64,000 nt of DNA from an uncultured Actinomycetes bacterium (GCA_963704725.1 OY969934.1:1664001-1728000), one strand, 5' to 3'; numbered from the stretch's first letter, positions 47,960-59,396 are shown. Translations and numbers: made by a program. Notes: generated by a model from the sequence alone, not told the origin.

Positions 47960-48778
47960 ATGAACCGAGCAGATGAGATGACCGAGATGCGAGTGCCCGA
48001 ACCCGTCGTGATCGAGGCGACCGATCAGAACTTCATGGACACGGTCGTCGAGGAGTCCAAGCGCCGACCCGTCGTGGTCGACCTGTGGGCGACCTGGTGC
48101 GGTCCGTGCCGCACCCTCGGGCCGATGCTGGAGAAGGTGGCCGGCGAGCGCGGCGGGGACTTCCTCCTGGCCAAGCTCGACGTCGATGCCAACCCCTACA
48201 CGGCCGGACAGTTCGGGGTGCAGAGCATCCCGACCGTCGTCGGCTTCAAGGACGGGCGGCCGGTGGACGGGTTCGTCGGCGCGATCCCGGAGGCCATGAT
48301 CAACGAGTTCGTCGACCGCCTCCTGCCCACGGTGGCGGATCTCGGCGCGCAGCAGGGACTGGAGCGCGAGCTGGACGGGGACCTGCCCGACGCCGAGAAG
48401 ACCTACCGGGACGCGCTCGAGACCGACGCCGGCAACCGGGAGGCGAGGCTCGGCCTCGGCCGCGTCCTGGCGGAGACCGGTCGGGAGGACGAGGCGCGGG
48501 AGACCCTGATGCCCCTGCTGCCCGACCCCGACGCCGAGCGCGTGCTGGCCGAGCTCGAGGTCCGCTCCTGGGCGGAGCTCTCGGAGCCCGGGACGCTCGC
48601 CAGCGCCAAACGGCTCGCCGCACAGGGCCGGTTCCGCGAGGCGCTCGACGGCATGCTCGGGTCGCTCTCGGACGACCCGGACGCGCGCCCGGCCGTGCTC
48701 GACGTGTTCGCGATCCTTGGGGACGAGGACCCCCTCGTGACCGAGTACCGGCGCAAGCTGGCGAACGCGCTGTTCTGA
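47960..48778 (+). CDS. Thioredoxin plus TPR chaperedoxin (CnoX/YbbN-like)
   Basis: WATWCGPC, VQSIPTV, TPR region, EDPLVTEYRRKLANALF terminus. Confidence 0.92.
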   Translation: MNRADEMTEMRVPEPVVIEATDQNFMDTVVEESKRRPVVVDLWATWCGPCRTLGPMLEKVAGERGGDFLLAKLDVDANPYTAGQFGVQSIPTVVGFKDGRPVDGFVGAIPEAMINEFVDRLLPTVADLGAQQGLERELDGDLPDAEKTYRDALETDAGNREARLGLGRVLAETGREDEARETLMPLLPDPDAERVLAELEVRSWAELSEPGTLASAKRLAAQGRFREALDGMLGSLSDDPDARPAVLDVFAILGDEDPLVTEYRRKLANALF

Positions 48779-48833
48779 TGGCGGGGAGCTCATGCAGCGG
48801 GACGGCGGGCGAGCGTAGCCTCCACGGAGCCTG

Positions 48834-49571
48834 ATGGACGTCCACGACCTGATCCGCGAGTTCTGGGACGCCGACTCGCACACGTACGACGCCACCAAGT
48901 CGCACGCCATCTCGGACCCGCTCGAGGCCGCCGCGTGGCGCCGGGCGCTCCGCGAGGCGTTGCCGGATCCGGACGCGGAGGTCCTCGACGTGGGCGCCGG
49001 CACGGGGGCGCTCGCGCTGCTCGCCGCGGAGCTCGGATACGAGGTCACGGCGCTGGACCTGTCCTCGGGCATGCTCGGCCGGGCCGAGGCCAAGGCTCGG
49101 GAGCGCGGTCTCGGCGACCGCATGCGGTTCGTCGTGGGCTCGGCCACCGAGCCGCCGGCCGGGCCGTTCGACGCGGTGATGGAGCGGCACCTGCTGTGGA
49201 CGCTCCCGGACCCCGTCGACGCCCTGCGGGCGTGGCGGAAGGTCGCGAGACGCCTCGTGCTGTTCGAGGGCGTGTGGGGGCACGCGGATCTGTCGCAGCG
49301 GGTCAAGGACCTCGCCGCGGTGACGCTTCGCAGGGTCATCGGCACGCCGCCCGACCACCACGCCCCGTACCCGGAGGACGTACTCGCCGAGCTCCCGCTG
49401 GCGCGGGGGTCCTCGCCCGTCCCGATGATCGACGCCGTCGTCGAGGCGGGATGGACGGGGGTGCGGATCAAGCGGCTCCGCGACGTCGAGTGGGCGGCCA
49501 GGCTTCACGAGGGGTGGCCGTTCGGATGGCTCGAGCATCGGCCGCGCTACGTGATCGCGGCGGACGCCTAG
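48834..49571 (+). CDS. Class I SAM-dependent methyltransferase
   Basis: VLDVGAGTG, DLSSGML, RHLLWTLPDP. Confidence 0.9.
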   Translation: MDVHDLIREFWDADSHTYDATKSHAISDPLEAAAWRRALREALPDPDAEVLDVGAGTGALALLAAELGYEVTALDLSSGMLGRAEAKARERGLGDRMRFVVGSATEPPAGPFDAVMERHLLWTLPDPVDALRAWRKVARRLVLFEGVWGHADLSQRVKDLAAVTLRRVIGTPPDHHAPYPEDVLAELPLARGSSPVPMIDAVVEAGWTGVRIKRLRDVEWAARLHEGWPFGWLEHRPRYVIAADA

Positions 49572-51515
49572 TCAGCGCGCCGGCACCGCGATCGTGACGT
49601 GCACCGGTAGGTGATCGGACGCCTGCACCGTCCCGATCCGAAAGCCCAGGATCTCGATGTCCGGCGTGACGAAGAGCCACGAGACACGGTCGCAGGTGGA
49701 GGTCGGTTCCGCGGAGGTCGTGCGGCATGGATCGCCGGTCGCGTCCTCGGCGTCGACCAGGCCGGCGCTCGTGAAGCGCAGGACGTCCGCCGTGTCGGTG
49801 GGCTGCATGTTGAGGTCGCCGGCGATGATCGCCGGCTCGAACCCGTCCCATGCGTCCAACAGGGCCTCGATCTGCTCGGGCCGGTCTCCCTCCAGGTGGG
49901 CGTCGACCACGAGGAGCGTGCCCGCGGATCCGAGATCGAGCCGGACGGCAAGGTAGCTCCGACGCTGCTTCCCAGGCACGTCGGGGAGAGGCCCTGCGGA
50001 GACGAGGGTCATCGGCAGTCGCGACAGGATGACGTTGCCGAACTGTCCGTCGGCGGCTGGCTCGTACCGGTACGGCATGTCGAGTCGCTGCTGGATGCGC
50101 GCCAGGACGTCGCCGCCGCCGAAGATCGGCCATCCTCGGGCGACCTCCTGCAGGACGACCACGTCGGGGTTCGACGAGGCGATCGCCCGAGCCACGTCGT
50201 CGGGGTCGAGCTGTCCCCGGACGTTCACGGAGCCCCGGATGTTGTACTGGACCACGCGAACCTCTCGACGCTGCAACGCGGCCGGGTCGGCGGAAGGCCG
50301 GTCCACCCACAGCCAGCCACCGAGCACGATCGCCGCGGCGGCGACGATGGCCGCCGCGGCGAGGGCGAAGCGAGGGTCGGCGCCCGTGACGATCGCGTTC
50401 CCGGATGCCCACCGGCGCACGAGGGCGACGAGCAGGGCGAGCGCCGCGACCGCGGGAAGGATCTCGCGGGGGAACGGGAGCGGGGTGTCGATGTCGAGCT
50501 GCCACAGCAGCACCAACAGGACGAACGACATGCTGGCGCCCCACACACCGAGCATCGCTCGCCGAGTCCCGCCTCCGGTCGTTGCGATCGACTCCGCAAT
50601 GACCACCGTGACGAGAGGCTGGAGCACCACCACGACCGCGATCGCCGGCGCCCCGCTCGAGGCGGTGAGGAACCAGGCGAGCGGTACGCCCAGGGCCGCG
50701 ACGAACGCGAGGAGGGATCGGGGGATCGTGCCGCGAGACAGAAGCGTGAGGGCCGCGAGGGCGAGGGCATCCGCCCCGAGCACGACGAACGTGGCCGCCG
50801 CGAAGCCCACCCGCCCCTGCGATGCCACGTAGCCGAGGTTCTGCAGGAACAGCAGCTGCAGCATCAGGTACGGGCCGAGCGTGACGGGGGCGAGGCCCCC
50901 CGTCTCGTGGACGCCGGCCGGTGCGCGCCGGATCCATCGGAGCAGCACGACCGTGGCGACGGCGACGAGAAGGAGGCTGAGCGTCATCGCTCCCGGGCCC
51001 CCCTGCCACGCGAGATCCCAGGAGCGGTACGGCGCTCGCAGGGCGGAGTCGAGTGCGAGCCCCGCCACGACGCCGGTCGCCAGCGCGCGCGGCCTCTCAC
51101 GAAGGGCGCCGACACACAGCGCCGCCCCGACCAGCGTCACGGCGGTCCCCGCCATCGCCAGCCACGTGGGGATCGGATGCACGAGCTGCACCGCCAGCCG
51201 GGCCATCACGATGGCGCCCGCGCCGGCCACGACCCGGCCCCGGAGATCGAGTCGCACGAGCGCCAGCGCCATCACCGGCGCGGCATAGACGCCGATCGCG
51301 ATCCCGCCGGCGAGGAGGAAGCTCCGATCCTCGCCCAGCAGGTACATGAGCGGGAACATCGTCCTCGCAACCTGCGCCGCGGCGGCGACTAGGATGGCGA
51401 TCAGGACGATCGCCACTCGATCGGTACCCCCTCGCTCCTCTCCGGACGCCGAGCCCGTCGAACGGTGGCGAGGGAGGTCCTGGGTGCCGCGGAGCCGAGA
51501 GCGAACCCGCATCAT
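49572..51515 (-). CDS. Multi-pass membrane protein with C-terminal EEP (endonuclease/exonuclease/phosphatase) domain
   Basis: About 12 TM segments, then YNI, VLQEV, FGNVILSR, AHL, AGDLN, SDHLPV; start uncertain (51515 or 51416). Confidence 0.82.
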   Translation of the reverse strand: MMRVRSRLRGTQDLPRHRSTGSASGEERGGTDRVAIVLIAILVAAAAQVARTMFPLMYLLGEDRSFLLAGGIAIGVYAAPVMALALVRLDLRGRVVAGAGAIVMARLAVQLVHPIPTWLAMAGTAVTLVGAALCVGALRERPRALATGVVAGLALDSALRAPYRSWDLAWQGGPGAMTLSLLLVAVATVVLLRWIRRAPAGVHETGGLAPVTLGPYLMLQLLFLQNLGYVASQGRVGFAAATFVVLGADALALAALTLLSRGTIPRSLLAFVAALGVPLAWFLTASSGAPAIAVVVVLQPLVTVVIAESIATTGGGTRRAMLGVWGASMSFVLLVLLWQLDIDTPLPFPREILPAVAALALLVALVRRWASGNAIVTGADPRFALAAAAIVAAAAIVLGGWLWVDRPSADPAALQRREVRVVQYNIRGSVNVRGQLDPDDVARAIASSNPDVVVLQEVARGWPIFGGGDVLARIQQRLDMPYRYEPAADGQFGNVILSRLPMTLVSAGPLPDVPGKQRRSYLAVRLDLGSAGTLLVVDAHLEGDRPEQIEALLDAWDGFEPAIIAGDLNMQPTDTADVLRFTSAGLVDAEDATGDPCRTTSAEPTSTCDRVSWLFVTPDIEILGFRIGTVQASDHLPVHVTIAVPAR

Positions 51516-51601
51516 GGCCCCCTTCGCCGGCGACGGCATCCGCGTCCGAGGGCCCCGGTCAAAGGACGAAGGGCCCCTACGGACCCGGCCCCGGTGGCGC
51601 A

Positions 51602-52375
51602 CTACCGGCGAGCCGTCCAGAAGACGTCGGTGCGGTACGGCATCACGATGGAGGCCGCGCCCGACAGGTCGGGATCCTTGTCGAGGAGCTCGTTCACCTC
51701 GACCACCACGCGCTCTCGCTCGTCCTCGGGGGCGCTCGCCACGTAGCTGACCGAGAGCACGCGATCCAGGAACGTGTCCCGGTCGACCTCGTGCACGTGA
51801 TACGCCACCTGATGGTGCAGAGGGCCGAAGAGCTCGGTGCGTTCGAAGGCCGCGCGCCAGCGCAGGTCGCGGTATCGGGGACCGTCCCCTGCGAGCCGGT
51901 CGAAGATGGCGGTGATCCGCTCGGACCAGTCGGTGGCCTCGTCCCGGACGTTCCAGATGAGCCCCAGCCGGCCGCCGGGCCGCAACACGCGGTGAGCCTC
52001 GGCCAGGGCGCGATCGCCGTCGAACCAGTGGAACGCCTGAGCGGCGACCACCGCGTCCGCCGTGGCGTCGGGGACCGGCACGTCCTCGGCCGTGCCGTCC
52101 AGGATGGTGACGGCGGGGCAGTTCCCGGCCAGCGCCTCGCGCATGGCGGCGACCGGCTCGACCGCGGTGATCCGAGCCCCCGACGGCTCGAGGAGCCGTG
52201 TGAACTTGCCCGTCCCGGCGCCGAGCTCGAGGACGTCGCGCCCCGGTGCCAGGCCCAGCTCCCGGACGAGGTATTCCACGGCGTCGTCCGGATAGCTCGG
52301 CCGGGCCCGCTCGTACGGCTCGACGGCGGCCTCGAACCCCCGCGCAGCGGCCTCGTGGATGCGATCCGGCGTCAC
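51602..52375 (-). CDS. Class I SAM-dependent methyltransferase
   Basis: YERARPSYP, LELGAGTGK, AQAFHWF, VLRPGGRLGLIWN. Confidence 0.92.
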   Translation of the reverse strand: MTPDRIHEAAARGFEAAVEPYERARPSYPDDAVEYLVRELGLAPGRDVLELGAGTGKFTRLLEPSGARITAVEPVAAMREALAGNCPAVTILDGTAEDVPVPDATADAVVAAQAFHWFDGDRALAEAHRVLRPGGRLGLIWNVRDEATDWSERITAIFDRLAGDGPRYRDLRWRAAFERTELFGPLHHQVAYHVHEVDRDTFLDRVLSVSYVASAPEDERERVVVEVNELLDKDPDLSGAASIVMPYRTDVFWTARR

Positions 52376-53739
52376 GTCGCGACCTCGATCACGAGCTCCT
52401 CCAGCACCCCCAGGTAGCGATCGACGTCGTCCCCCGTCGCGGCGACCGAGACCGCGGGACCCGCCCACTCCATGGCCTCCCACACGCCGCGGTTGGCCAT
52501 CCACAGGCGGAGCAGGCGCCACAGCTCGGGGTCGTGGCCCTGCCGGGCCTCGGCGCCGCTCCGGGCCGGGACGCCGCCGAAGGCGTAGCCGCTCCTGGCG
52601 AAGAGCCGATGCGCGCGCCAAGGCAGCCCCGCCGTCGCCGCCACCGCCTCGATCCCGTCGGCCATCCGAGCGCCCAGGTGCCCGGTGCGCTCGTAGGCGT
52701 CCTCGGTGAGGACCTCGGTCAATGCAGCGCGCGCGGCGGCCATCTGCAGGGGGTTCCCGAACAACGTGCCTCCCGTCGCCACCTCGTCCTCCACCGCGCC
52801 GGCCCCGCCGTGCTCCGCCACGTCCTCGAGCAGCGCCCCCAACGCCTCGGTCGTCCCGTACGCGCCGATGGCGACGCCCCCGCCGATCGACTTGCCGAGC
52901 GTCACCACGTCGGGCTCGAGTCCCCACCGGCCGACCAGGCCCGCCGGTCCGCAGATGAGCGTGTGGGTCTCGTCCACGATGAGGACGGCGCCGGCCTCGC
53001 GCGTCAGGCGCCGGACCTCGGCGTGGAAGCCCTCGTCCGGCTGCACGACGCCGGCGTTCGTGAGCGCCGGCTCGGTGAGGACGCACGCGACGTCGCCCGG
53101 CTCGAGGGCGCGGGCCAGGGCCGGCGGGTCGTTGAACGGCACGATCCGCACGTGACGCTCGACCCCGGGCGACAGACCGCGGTTCTCGGGGACCTCGCGG
53201 CCGTCCAGCGTGGTGACGAGCAGCTCCTCACCGTGGCCGTGGTACCTCCCGTCGAACATCAGCAACGTCGGCCGTCCCGTCGCGGCGCGGGCCAGCCGGA
53301 TCGCCTCGACGTTCGCGATCGTCGCCGACAGGGTGAACTGCCACCGGGGGAGCCTCCACCGCCGCGCGAGCTCCTCGGCGACGACGATGGCATCCTCCGT
53401 CGGCATGAGGAACTGCGTGCCGGTCCGAACGCGCTCGCTCACAGCTCTCACCACGGGCTCGGGCGCGTAGCCGCAGAACATCGACGTGTCCGCGATGTTG
53501 GTGTCGAGGTACCGGTGGCCGTCGACGTCGAACAGGTAGGCACCCTCGCCCCGATCCATGTAGACGGGTGGGTGCCCGTGCAGCGAGGCCATCCACCCCA
53601 TCGGGACGCCGAGAGGCATGCAGGCGCGGGCCCGCTCCAGCAGCGTCGCCGATCGGGGGCGGTCGGCGAGGAACCGGGTGAGCTCGCGCTCCGTCAGCTC
53701 GCCGACGCGGCGGCGATCGACGGTCTCGGCGACGGCCAC
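52372..53739 (-). CDS. Class III PLP aminotransferase (GSA-aminomutase-like)
   Basis: DVDGHRYLD, GRYHG, DETHT, LGKSIGGG, GGTLFGN; AGGAGG SD. Confidence 0.88.
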   Translation of the reverse strand: MAVAETVDRRRVGELTERELTRFLADRPRSATLLERARACMPLGVPMGWMASLHGHPPVYMDRGEGAYLFDVDGHRYLDTNIADTSMFCGYAPEPVVRAVSERVRTGTQFLMPTEDAIVVAEELARRWRLPRWQFTLSATIANVEAIRLARAATGRPTLLMFDGRYHGHGEELLVTTLDGREVPENRGLSPGVERHVRIVPFNDPPALARALEPGDVACVLTEPALTNAGVVQPDEGFHAEVRRLTREAGAVLIVDETHTLICGPAGLVGRWGLEPDVVTLGKSIGGGVAIGAYGTTEALGALLEDVAEHGGAGAVEDEVATGGTLFGNPLQMAAARAALTEVLTEDAYERTGHLGARMADGIEAVAATAGLPWRAHRLFARSGYAFGGVPARSGAEARQGHDPELWRLLRLWMANRGVWEAMEWAGPAVSVAATGDDVDRYLGVLEELVIEVAT

Positions 53740-54398
53740 GTGGCCTCCTGGGTCTCGAGGCGGAGGTCGAAGACCTCCTCGAACCTCCGGGCGACGATCG
53801 GCGCCATCTCGTCGACCGACACGACCCGCCCGGCGAGCTGCGAGAGGGAGGTCACCCCCTCGTTCGCGAGCCCGCACGGGACGATGGCGTCGTACCACGA
53901 GAGATCGGTGGTGCAGTTCAGGGCGAAGCCGTGGAGCGACACGCGCATCCGCATGAGGCGCACCCCGATCGCACAGATCTTTCGCGCTCCCGACCACACA
54001 CCGGTCTGGACGTCGCTGCGGTGCAACGGGACACCCACGTCCGCCGCCGCACGGATCACGACCTCTTCGAGGCCCCGCACGAAGCGGAGGGCGTCGGGCC
54101 GCGACCCCAGGTCGAGCACCGGGTATCCGACGAGCTGTCCCGGCCCGTGGAACGTGAGCGAGCCGCCCCGGTCGATGAAGCGGAGCGCGGCGCCCGCCGC
54201 GCGGATCCGATCCTCGGTCCACACGATGTGGTCTGGCTTCCACCGGCGGCCGGCCGTGTAGACGGGCGGATGCTCCAGCAGGATGAGCGAGTCCTCGCCG
54301 GCGCCCTCCAGACGAGCCTCGGCCAGCTCGTGCATCGCGGCGTTCGCCTCGTCGTAGTCGACGAGGCCCGCCGGGCGGATCAGGCGGCCGGCGCGCAT
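53694..54398 (-). CDS. lipB: Octanoyltransferase
   Basis: LEHPPVYTAG, DRGGSLTFHGPGQLVGYP, KICAIG, HGFALN, IVPCG. Confidence 0.96.
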   Translation of the reverse strand: MRAGRLIRPAGLVDYDEANAAMHELAEARLEGAGEDSLILLEHPPVYTAGRRWKPDHIVWTEDRIRAAGAALRFIDRGGSLTFHGPGQLVGYPVLDLGSRPDALRFVRGLEEVVIRAAADVGVPLHRSDVQTGVWSGARKICAIGVRLMRMRVSLHGFALNCTTDLSWYDAIVPCGLANEGVTSLSQLAGRVVSVDEMAPIVARRFEEVFDLRLETQEATWPSPRPSIAAASAS

Positions 54399-54402
54399 CG
54401 GC

Positions 54403-55767
54403 TCAGAGCCCGAGGTCCTCGGCGAAGTCCCAGGTCTCGAGGTTCTGCTTGATCCTCGCCAGGAACTGCGACGCCAGCGCGCCGTCGATCACCCGGTGGT
54501 CCCACGACATCGACAGGTAGACCATGTGGCGGATGGCGATCGCGTCGTCGATCACCACCGGTCGCTTCTCGACCGTGTCGAACCCGAGGATGCCGGTCTG
54601 GGGCTGGTTGATGATCGGGACGGAGATCATCGACCCGAAGGGGCCGGGGTTCGTGATCGTGAAGGTCCCGCCGTGCACCTCGTCGGGCTTGAGCTGCTTG
54701 GCCCTGGCCCGCGTGGCCAGGTCGTTGATCCCCCGTGCCAGGCCGACGAGGTTCATCGTGTCGGCGTTCTTCAGCACCGGCACGATGAGGCCCTCGTCGT
54801 AGGACACGGCGATGCCCATGTTGACGAAGTGCCGCAGGACGATCTCGTCGCCCCGCAGCTCGCCGTTCACCATGGGGTACGCGAGCAGGGCCTCGGTGAC
54901 GGCGCGCGTGACGAACGGCATGTACGTGAGGTTGAACCCCTCGCGCGCCCGGAAGGCCTCCTTGGTGCGCTCGCGGAGGCGGGCGACGTTCTCGAGGTTC
55001 ACCTCCACGGCGTTCCACGCGCGGGCCGAGACCTCGAGGCTCGCCTTCATGTGCTCGGCGATCGCTTTGCGGATATGGGTGACCGGGACGACCTCCTCCC
55101 CGCCGGCGACCGCGGCCGGCGCAGGCACCGGCGCGGCCTGGAGGGCGGACGGAGCGGGCGGCGGTGGCGGTGTCGCCGCGACCCGAGCGGCCGCCGTGGC
55201 GCCCCCTCCCGCGACGAACGCCACCACGTCGTTCTTCGTGATGCGTCCCCCCGTCCCGGTCCCGGTGACCTGGGAGAGATCGACCCCGTGCTCGCCGGCG
55301 AGCTTGCGCACCAGCGGCGACAGGATCTGCGACCGAGGCCCCCGATCGGCGAGCGGAGCTGTCGGCGCCGTCGCAGGAACCGAGGCCGCCATCTGAGACG
55401 GAACTGCCGCCGCCGGGGCCGTGGCGGAGGGGGCCTCGTCGCCCCCCGCGCCCACCGACGCCGCCGGAGCGCCCACCGGCGCCTCCGCAGCGAGCCGCGA
55501 CGGAGCCCCCGGAGCCGCGGGCCCGGCGGCGGCCCCCGAGTCCGCGATCTCGGCCAGATCCGTCCCCACCGCGACGGTCGCCCCTTCAGCAACGAGGATC
55601 TTCACGAGCGTCCCGGCCGCCGGCGAAGGCACCTCCGTGTCGACCTTGTCGGTGGAGATCTCGAACAGGGGCTCGTCCTGTGCCACCTGCTCGCCCTCCT
55701 GCTTCAGCCACTTCAGGATGGTGCCCTCGACGACGGTCTCGCCGAGTTGGGGCATCTTGACCTGCAT
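54403..55767 (-). CDS. Dihydrolipoamide acyltransferase E2 (one lipoyl domain)
   Basis: MPQLGETVVEG..STDKVDTE, SPLVRKLA..GTGTGGRITK, GGTFTITN, DHRVIDG. Confidence 0.95.
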   Translation of the reverse strand: MQVKMPQLGETVVEGTILKWLKQEGEQVAQDEPLFEISTDKVDTEVPSPAAGTLVKILVAEGATVAVGTDLAEIADSGAAAGPAAPGAPSRLAAEAPVGAPAASVGAGGDEAPSATAPAAAVPSQMAASVPATAPTAPLADRGPRSQILSPLVRKLAGEHGVDLSQVTGTGTGGRITKNDVVAFVAGGGATAAARVAATPPPPPAPSALQAAPVPAPAAVAGGEEVVPVTHIRKAIAEHMKASLEVSARAWNAVEVNLENVARLRERTKEAFRAREGFNLTYMPFVTRAVTEALLAYPMVNGELRGDEIVLRHFVNMGIAVSYDEGLIVPVLKNADTMNLVGLARGINDLATRARAKQLKPDEVHGGTFTITNPGPFGSMISVPIINQPQTGILGFDTVEKRPVVIDDAIAIRHMVYLSMSWDHRVIDGALASQFLARIKQNLETWDFAEDLGL

Positions 55768-55799
55768 CGGACCTCCTCGGTGGGGCTGGGCCCCTTCCC

Positions 55800-56845
<1,046 letters not shown>

Positions 56846-56846
<1 letters not shown>

Positions 56847-57910
56847 CAGGCCTGCGTGCCGCCGCCGCGGCCGGGCTCGCTCGTCCAGTAGCCGTCCTCG
56901 ACCCACAGGCCCTTGGTCACGTCGCCGGGCTCGGGGAAGGGCGAGTTCAGCGCGTACTGGTACCCGTCGTCGAACTCCTGCTTGATCCGCTCGTCGATCT
57001 CGTTCACGAACGCGTCGTCGACCACGTCGTGGGATCGCAGCAGCTCCTCGAAGCGCCGCACCGGGTCCTTGTTCTGCATGTAGTCCTCGAGGAGCTCCTT
57101 GGGCACGTACTTCGCCGGGTCGTGGCCGGCGTGGCCCCGCCACCGGAGCGAGACGCTCTCGATCAGGGTCGGGCCGCCGCCCCCCCGCGCGCGCTCGATG
57201 GCCTCGCGCGCCGCCGCGTAGACCTCCAGCAGGTTCGCCCCGTCGACGCGGACCCCGGGCATCCCGTACGCGACCGCCCGCTCGGCGATCGTGGGGATCG
57301 CGAACTCGAGCCGGTTCGGCGTCGAGTACGCGTACTGGTTGTTGTTGACCACCCACACCACGGGGAGGTGGAACACCGCGGACGTGTTGAGCGCCTCGTG
57401 CCACCGGCCGTTGGACGTCGACCCGTCGCCGCAGATCGCGAGCGCCACGCGGGGTTCGCCTCGGCGCTGGTAGGCGAGCGCGGCGCCGCACGCCACCGGG
57501 TACGCGATCGGCAGATGCGACATCACGGTCCACGTCCGGTTCCCGAACCAGTCCCCGATGTGGCTGTTCCCGTCGCGTCCGCGTGTGTACCCGTCGATCC
57601 GTCCCCAGAACTGGGCCATGACCCGGCGGAGCTCGAGGCCCTTCGCCAGCTGGGCGGACAGGTCCCGGTGCGTCGGGAACAGCGAGTCGTCGTCGCGCAG
57701 CGGAGCCGCCACGCCGACGTGCGTGCCCTCCTGGCCGCGGCCCGAGTAGATCGCGCCCGGAAGGCGGCCCTGCCGATACAGCGCCTCCATGCGCTCGTCG
57801 AAGTACCGGCACAGCTTGATCGTGTGCAGGAGGTCCTTGAGGCGATCGTCGGACAGCCCGGCGCGCCAGTCCTCCGCCGAGAGCTGCTTCTCGGTCACGC
57901 TCGTGGCCAC
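56846..57910 (-). CDS. 2-oxoacid dehydrogenase E1 alpha (second copy)
   Basis: YSGRGQEG, PTHRD, GDGSTSNG...NNQYAYS, GHAGHD. Confidence 0.93.
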
Positions 57911-57912
57911 GC

Positions 57913-59292
57913 TCACCCTCCGTGCAGCGGCTTGCCGGCGAGCCCGAGGAAGGCCTCGCCGACACCCTCGGACAGCGACGGATGCGGGTGCATGAGGGCG
58001 GCGACCTCGGCGGGGACCGCCTCCCAGTTGACGATGAGCATCGTCTCGGCGACGAGGTCCGTGACGTGCGGCCCCACCATGTGCACGCCGAGCACGGGCC
58101 CGCCGCCCCGCTCCGCGACGATCTTCACGATGCCGCCCTCGCCGACGATGTTGGCCTTGCCGACGCCCTGGAAGTTGAACTTCTCCGTCTCGACGTCGTG
58201 GCCGCGCTCGGTCGCCTGCGCCTCCGTGAGCCCCACGGACGCGATCTCCGGCGTGCTGTAGGTGACCCTCGGGATGCCCGTGTACTCGATCTCCGGGACG
58301 TCCATGCCGGCGATGCGCTCGGCCACGGCGTAACCCTCGGTGAACGAGACGTGCGCGAGCTGCAGGGGGGTGGCGGCGACGTCCCCCACCGCCCACACGT
58401 GCGGCGACGACGTCCGCAGCTGCGGATCCACGCGGACGAAGCCGCGATCGAGCTCGACGCCTGCGGCCTCGAGGTCGAGACCGTCGGTGACCGGTCCCCG
58501 GCCCACGGCGACCAGGCAGACGTCCGCGGCGACGGACTGCGACGTCCCCCCCGCCTCGAACGCAACGTCCACGCGGTCCTCGGCCTCCTTCACCTCGGTG
58601 ACCGAGGCCCCCGCGTGCGCCGAGATGCCGCGCTTGCGGAACGCCCTCGCCACCTCCTTCGAGACGTCCTCGTCCTCGAGCGGGGCGATCCTGGGCAGCG
58701 CCTCGACGAGGGTGACCTCGGCGCCCATCGAGCGATAGAAGCTGGCGAACTCGAGCCCGATCGCGCCGGCGCCGATGATGACGGCCGACGACGGGATCGA
58801 CGGGTACCACAGCGCCTCGTCGCTCGTGATCACGCGCTCGGTGCGCTCCAGGCCGGGCAGGAGCTTGGGGCGGGATCCCGACGCGATCACCACGTCGGTG
58901 GCGGCGATCGTGCGTCCGTCGACCTGCACCACCGGGCCGGGGCGGACCGCGGCCGTGCCCGTGATCACGTCGATCTTGCGCGCCTTCACCAGCCCGGTGA
59001 CGCCCGAGACGAGCTTGTCGACGATGCGGTTCTCGAACGCCTGGATCTGCGACCAGTCGGGCTCGCCGCTCGCCTTGATGCCCCAGTCCTCGGAGCGGTT
59101 CACGGCATCCATCACGGCCGCCGACTGGAGCAACGCCTTCGTCGGGATGCAGCCGCGGAGGAGGCAGGTCCCGCCGAGCCGATCGTCCCGCTCGACGATG
59201 GCGACGCGCTTGCCGAGTTGCGCAAGCCGCAGGGCACAGGAGTAGCCTCCCGTCCCCGCGCCGATGACGACTACGTCGTAAGCGTCGGGCAT
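57913..59292 (-). CDS. lpdA: Dihydrolipoamide dehydrogenase E3
   Basis: GAGTGG, GGTCLLRGCIPTK, GAGAIGLE, HPHPSLSE. Confidence 0.95.
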   Translation of the reverse strand: MPDAYDVVVIGAGTGGYSCALRLAQLGKRVAIVERDDRLGGTCLLRGCIPTKALLQSAAVMDAVNRSEDWGIKASGEPDWSQIQAFENRIVDKLVSGVTGLVKARKIDVITGTAAVRPGPVVQVDGRTIAATDVVIASGSRPKLLPGLERTERVITSDEALWYPSIPSSAVIIGAGAIGLEFASFYRSMGAEVTLVEALPRIAPLEDEDVSKEVARAFRKRGISAHAGASVTEVKEAEDRVDVAFEAGGTSQSVAADVCLVAVGRGPVTDGLDLEAAGVELDRGFVRVDPQLRTSSPHVWAVGDVAATPLQLAHVSFTEGYAVAERIAGMDVPEIEYTGIPRVTYSTPEIASVGLTEAQATERGHDVETEKFNFQGVGKANIVGEGGIVKIVAERGGGPVLGVHMVGPHVTDLVAETMLIVNWEAVPAEVAALMHPHPSLSEGVGEAFLGLAGKPLHGG

Positions 59293-59396
59293 CCGAGCGT
59301 CCATGCTACCGCGGTTCCCACTTCCACCCGCTCGAACGCACGGTAGCGAGCTCGTGACGGGATCGGGTCGGAGCCGACGGCTCCGCCCGGCGTCGC

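Noticed and set aside
51545-51585. DosR/DevR-like box or hairpin upstream of the EEP gene (minus strand GGGCCCTTCGTCCT)
   Set aside because: Three mismatches to the core, no hypoxia-regulon genes nearby, and equally explained as a GC hairpin.
52372-53739. Calling the aminotransferase hemL
   Set aside because: The fold matches, but motifs such as DETHT and GVPMGWM differ from canonical HemL and no hem genes are adjacent.
59332-59385. TCGAAC half-site and CGGAGCCGACGGCTCCG palindrome upstream of lpdA
   Set aside because: The second LexA half-site is absent; the palindrome is short and may be only a weak terminator.
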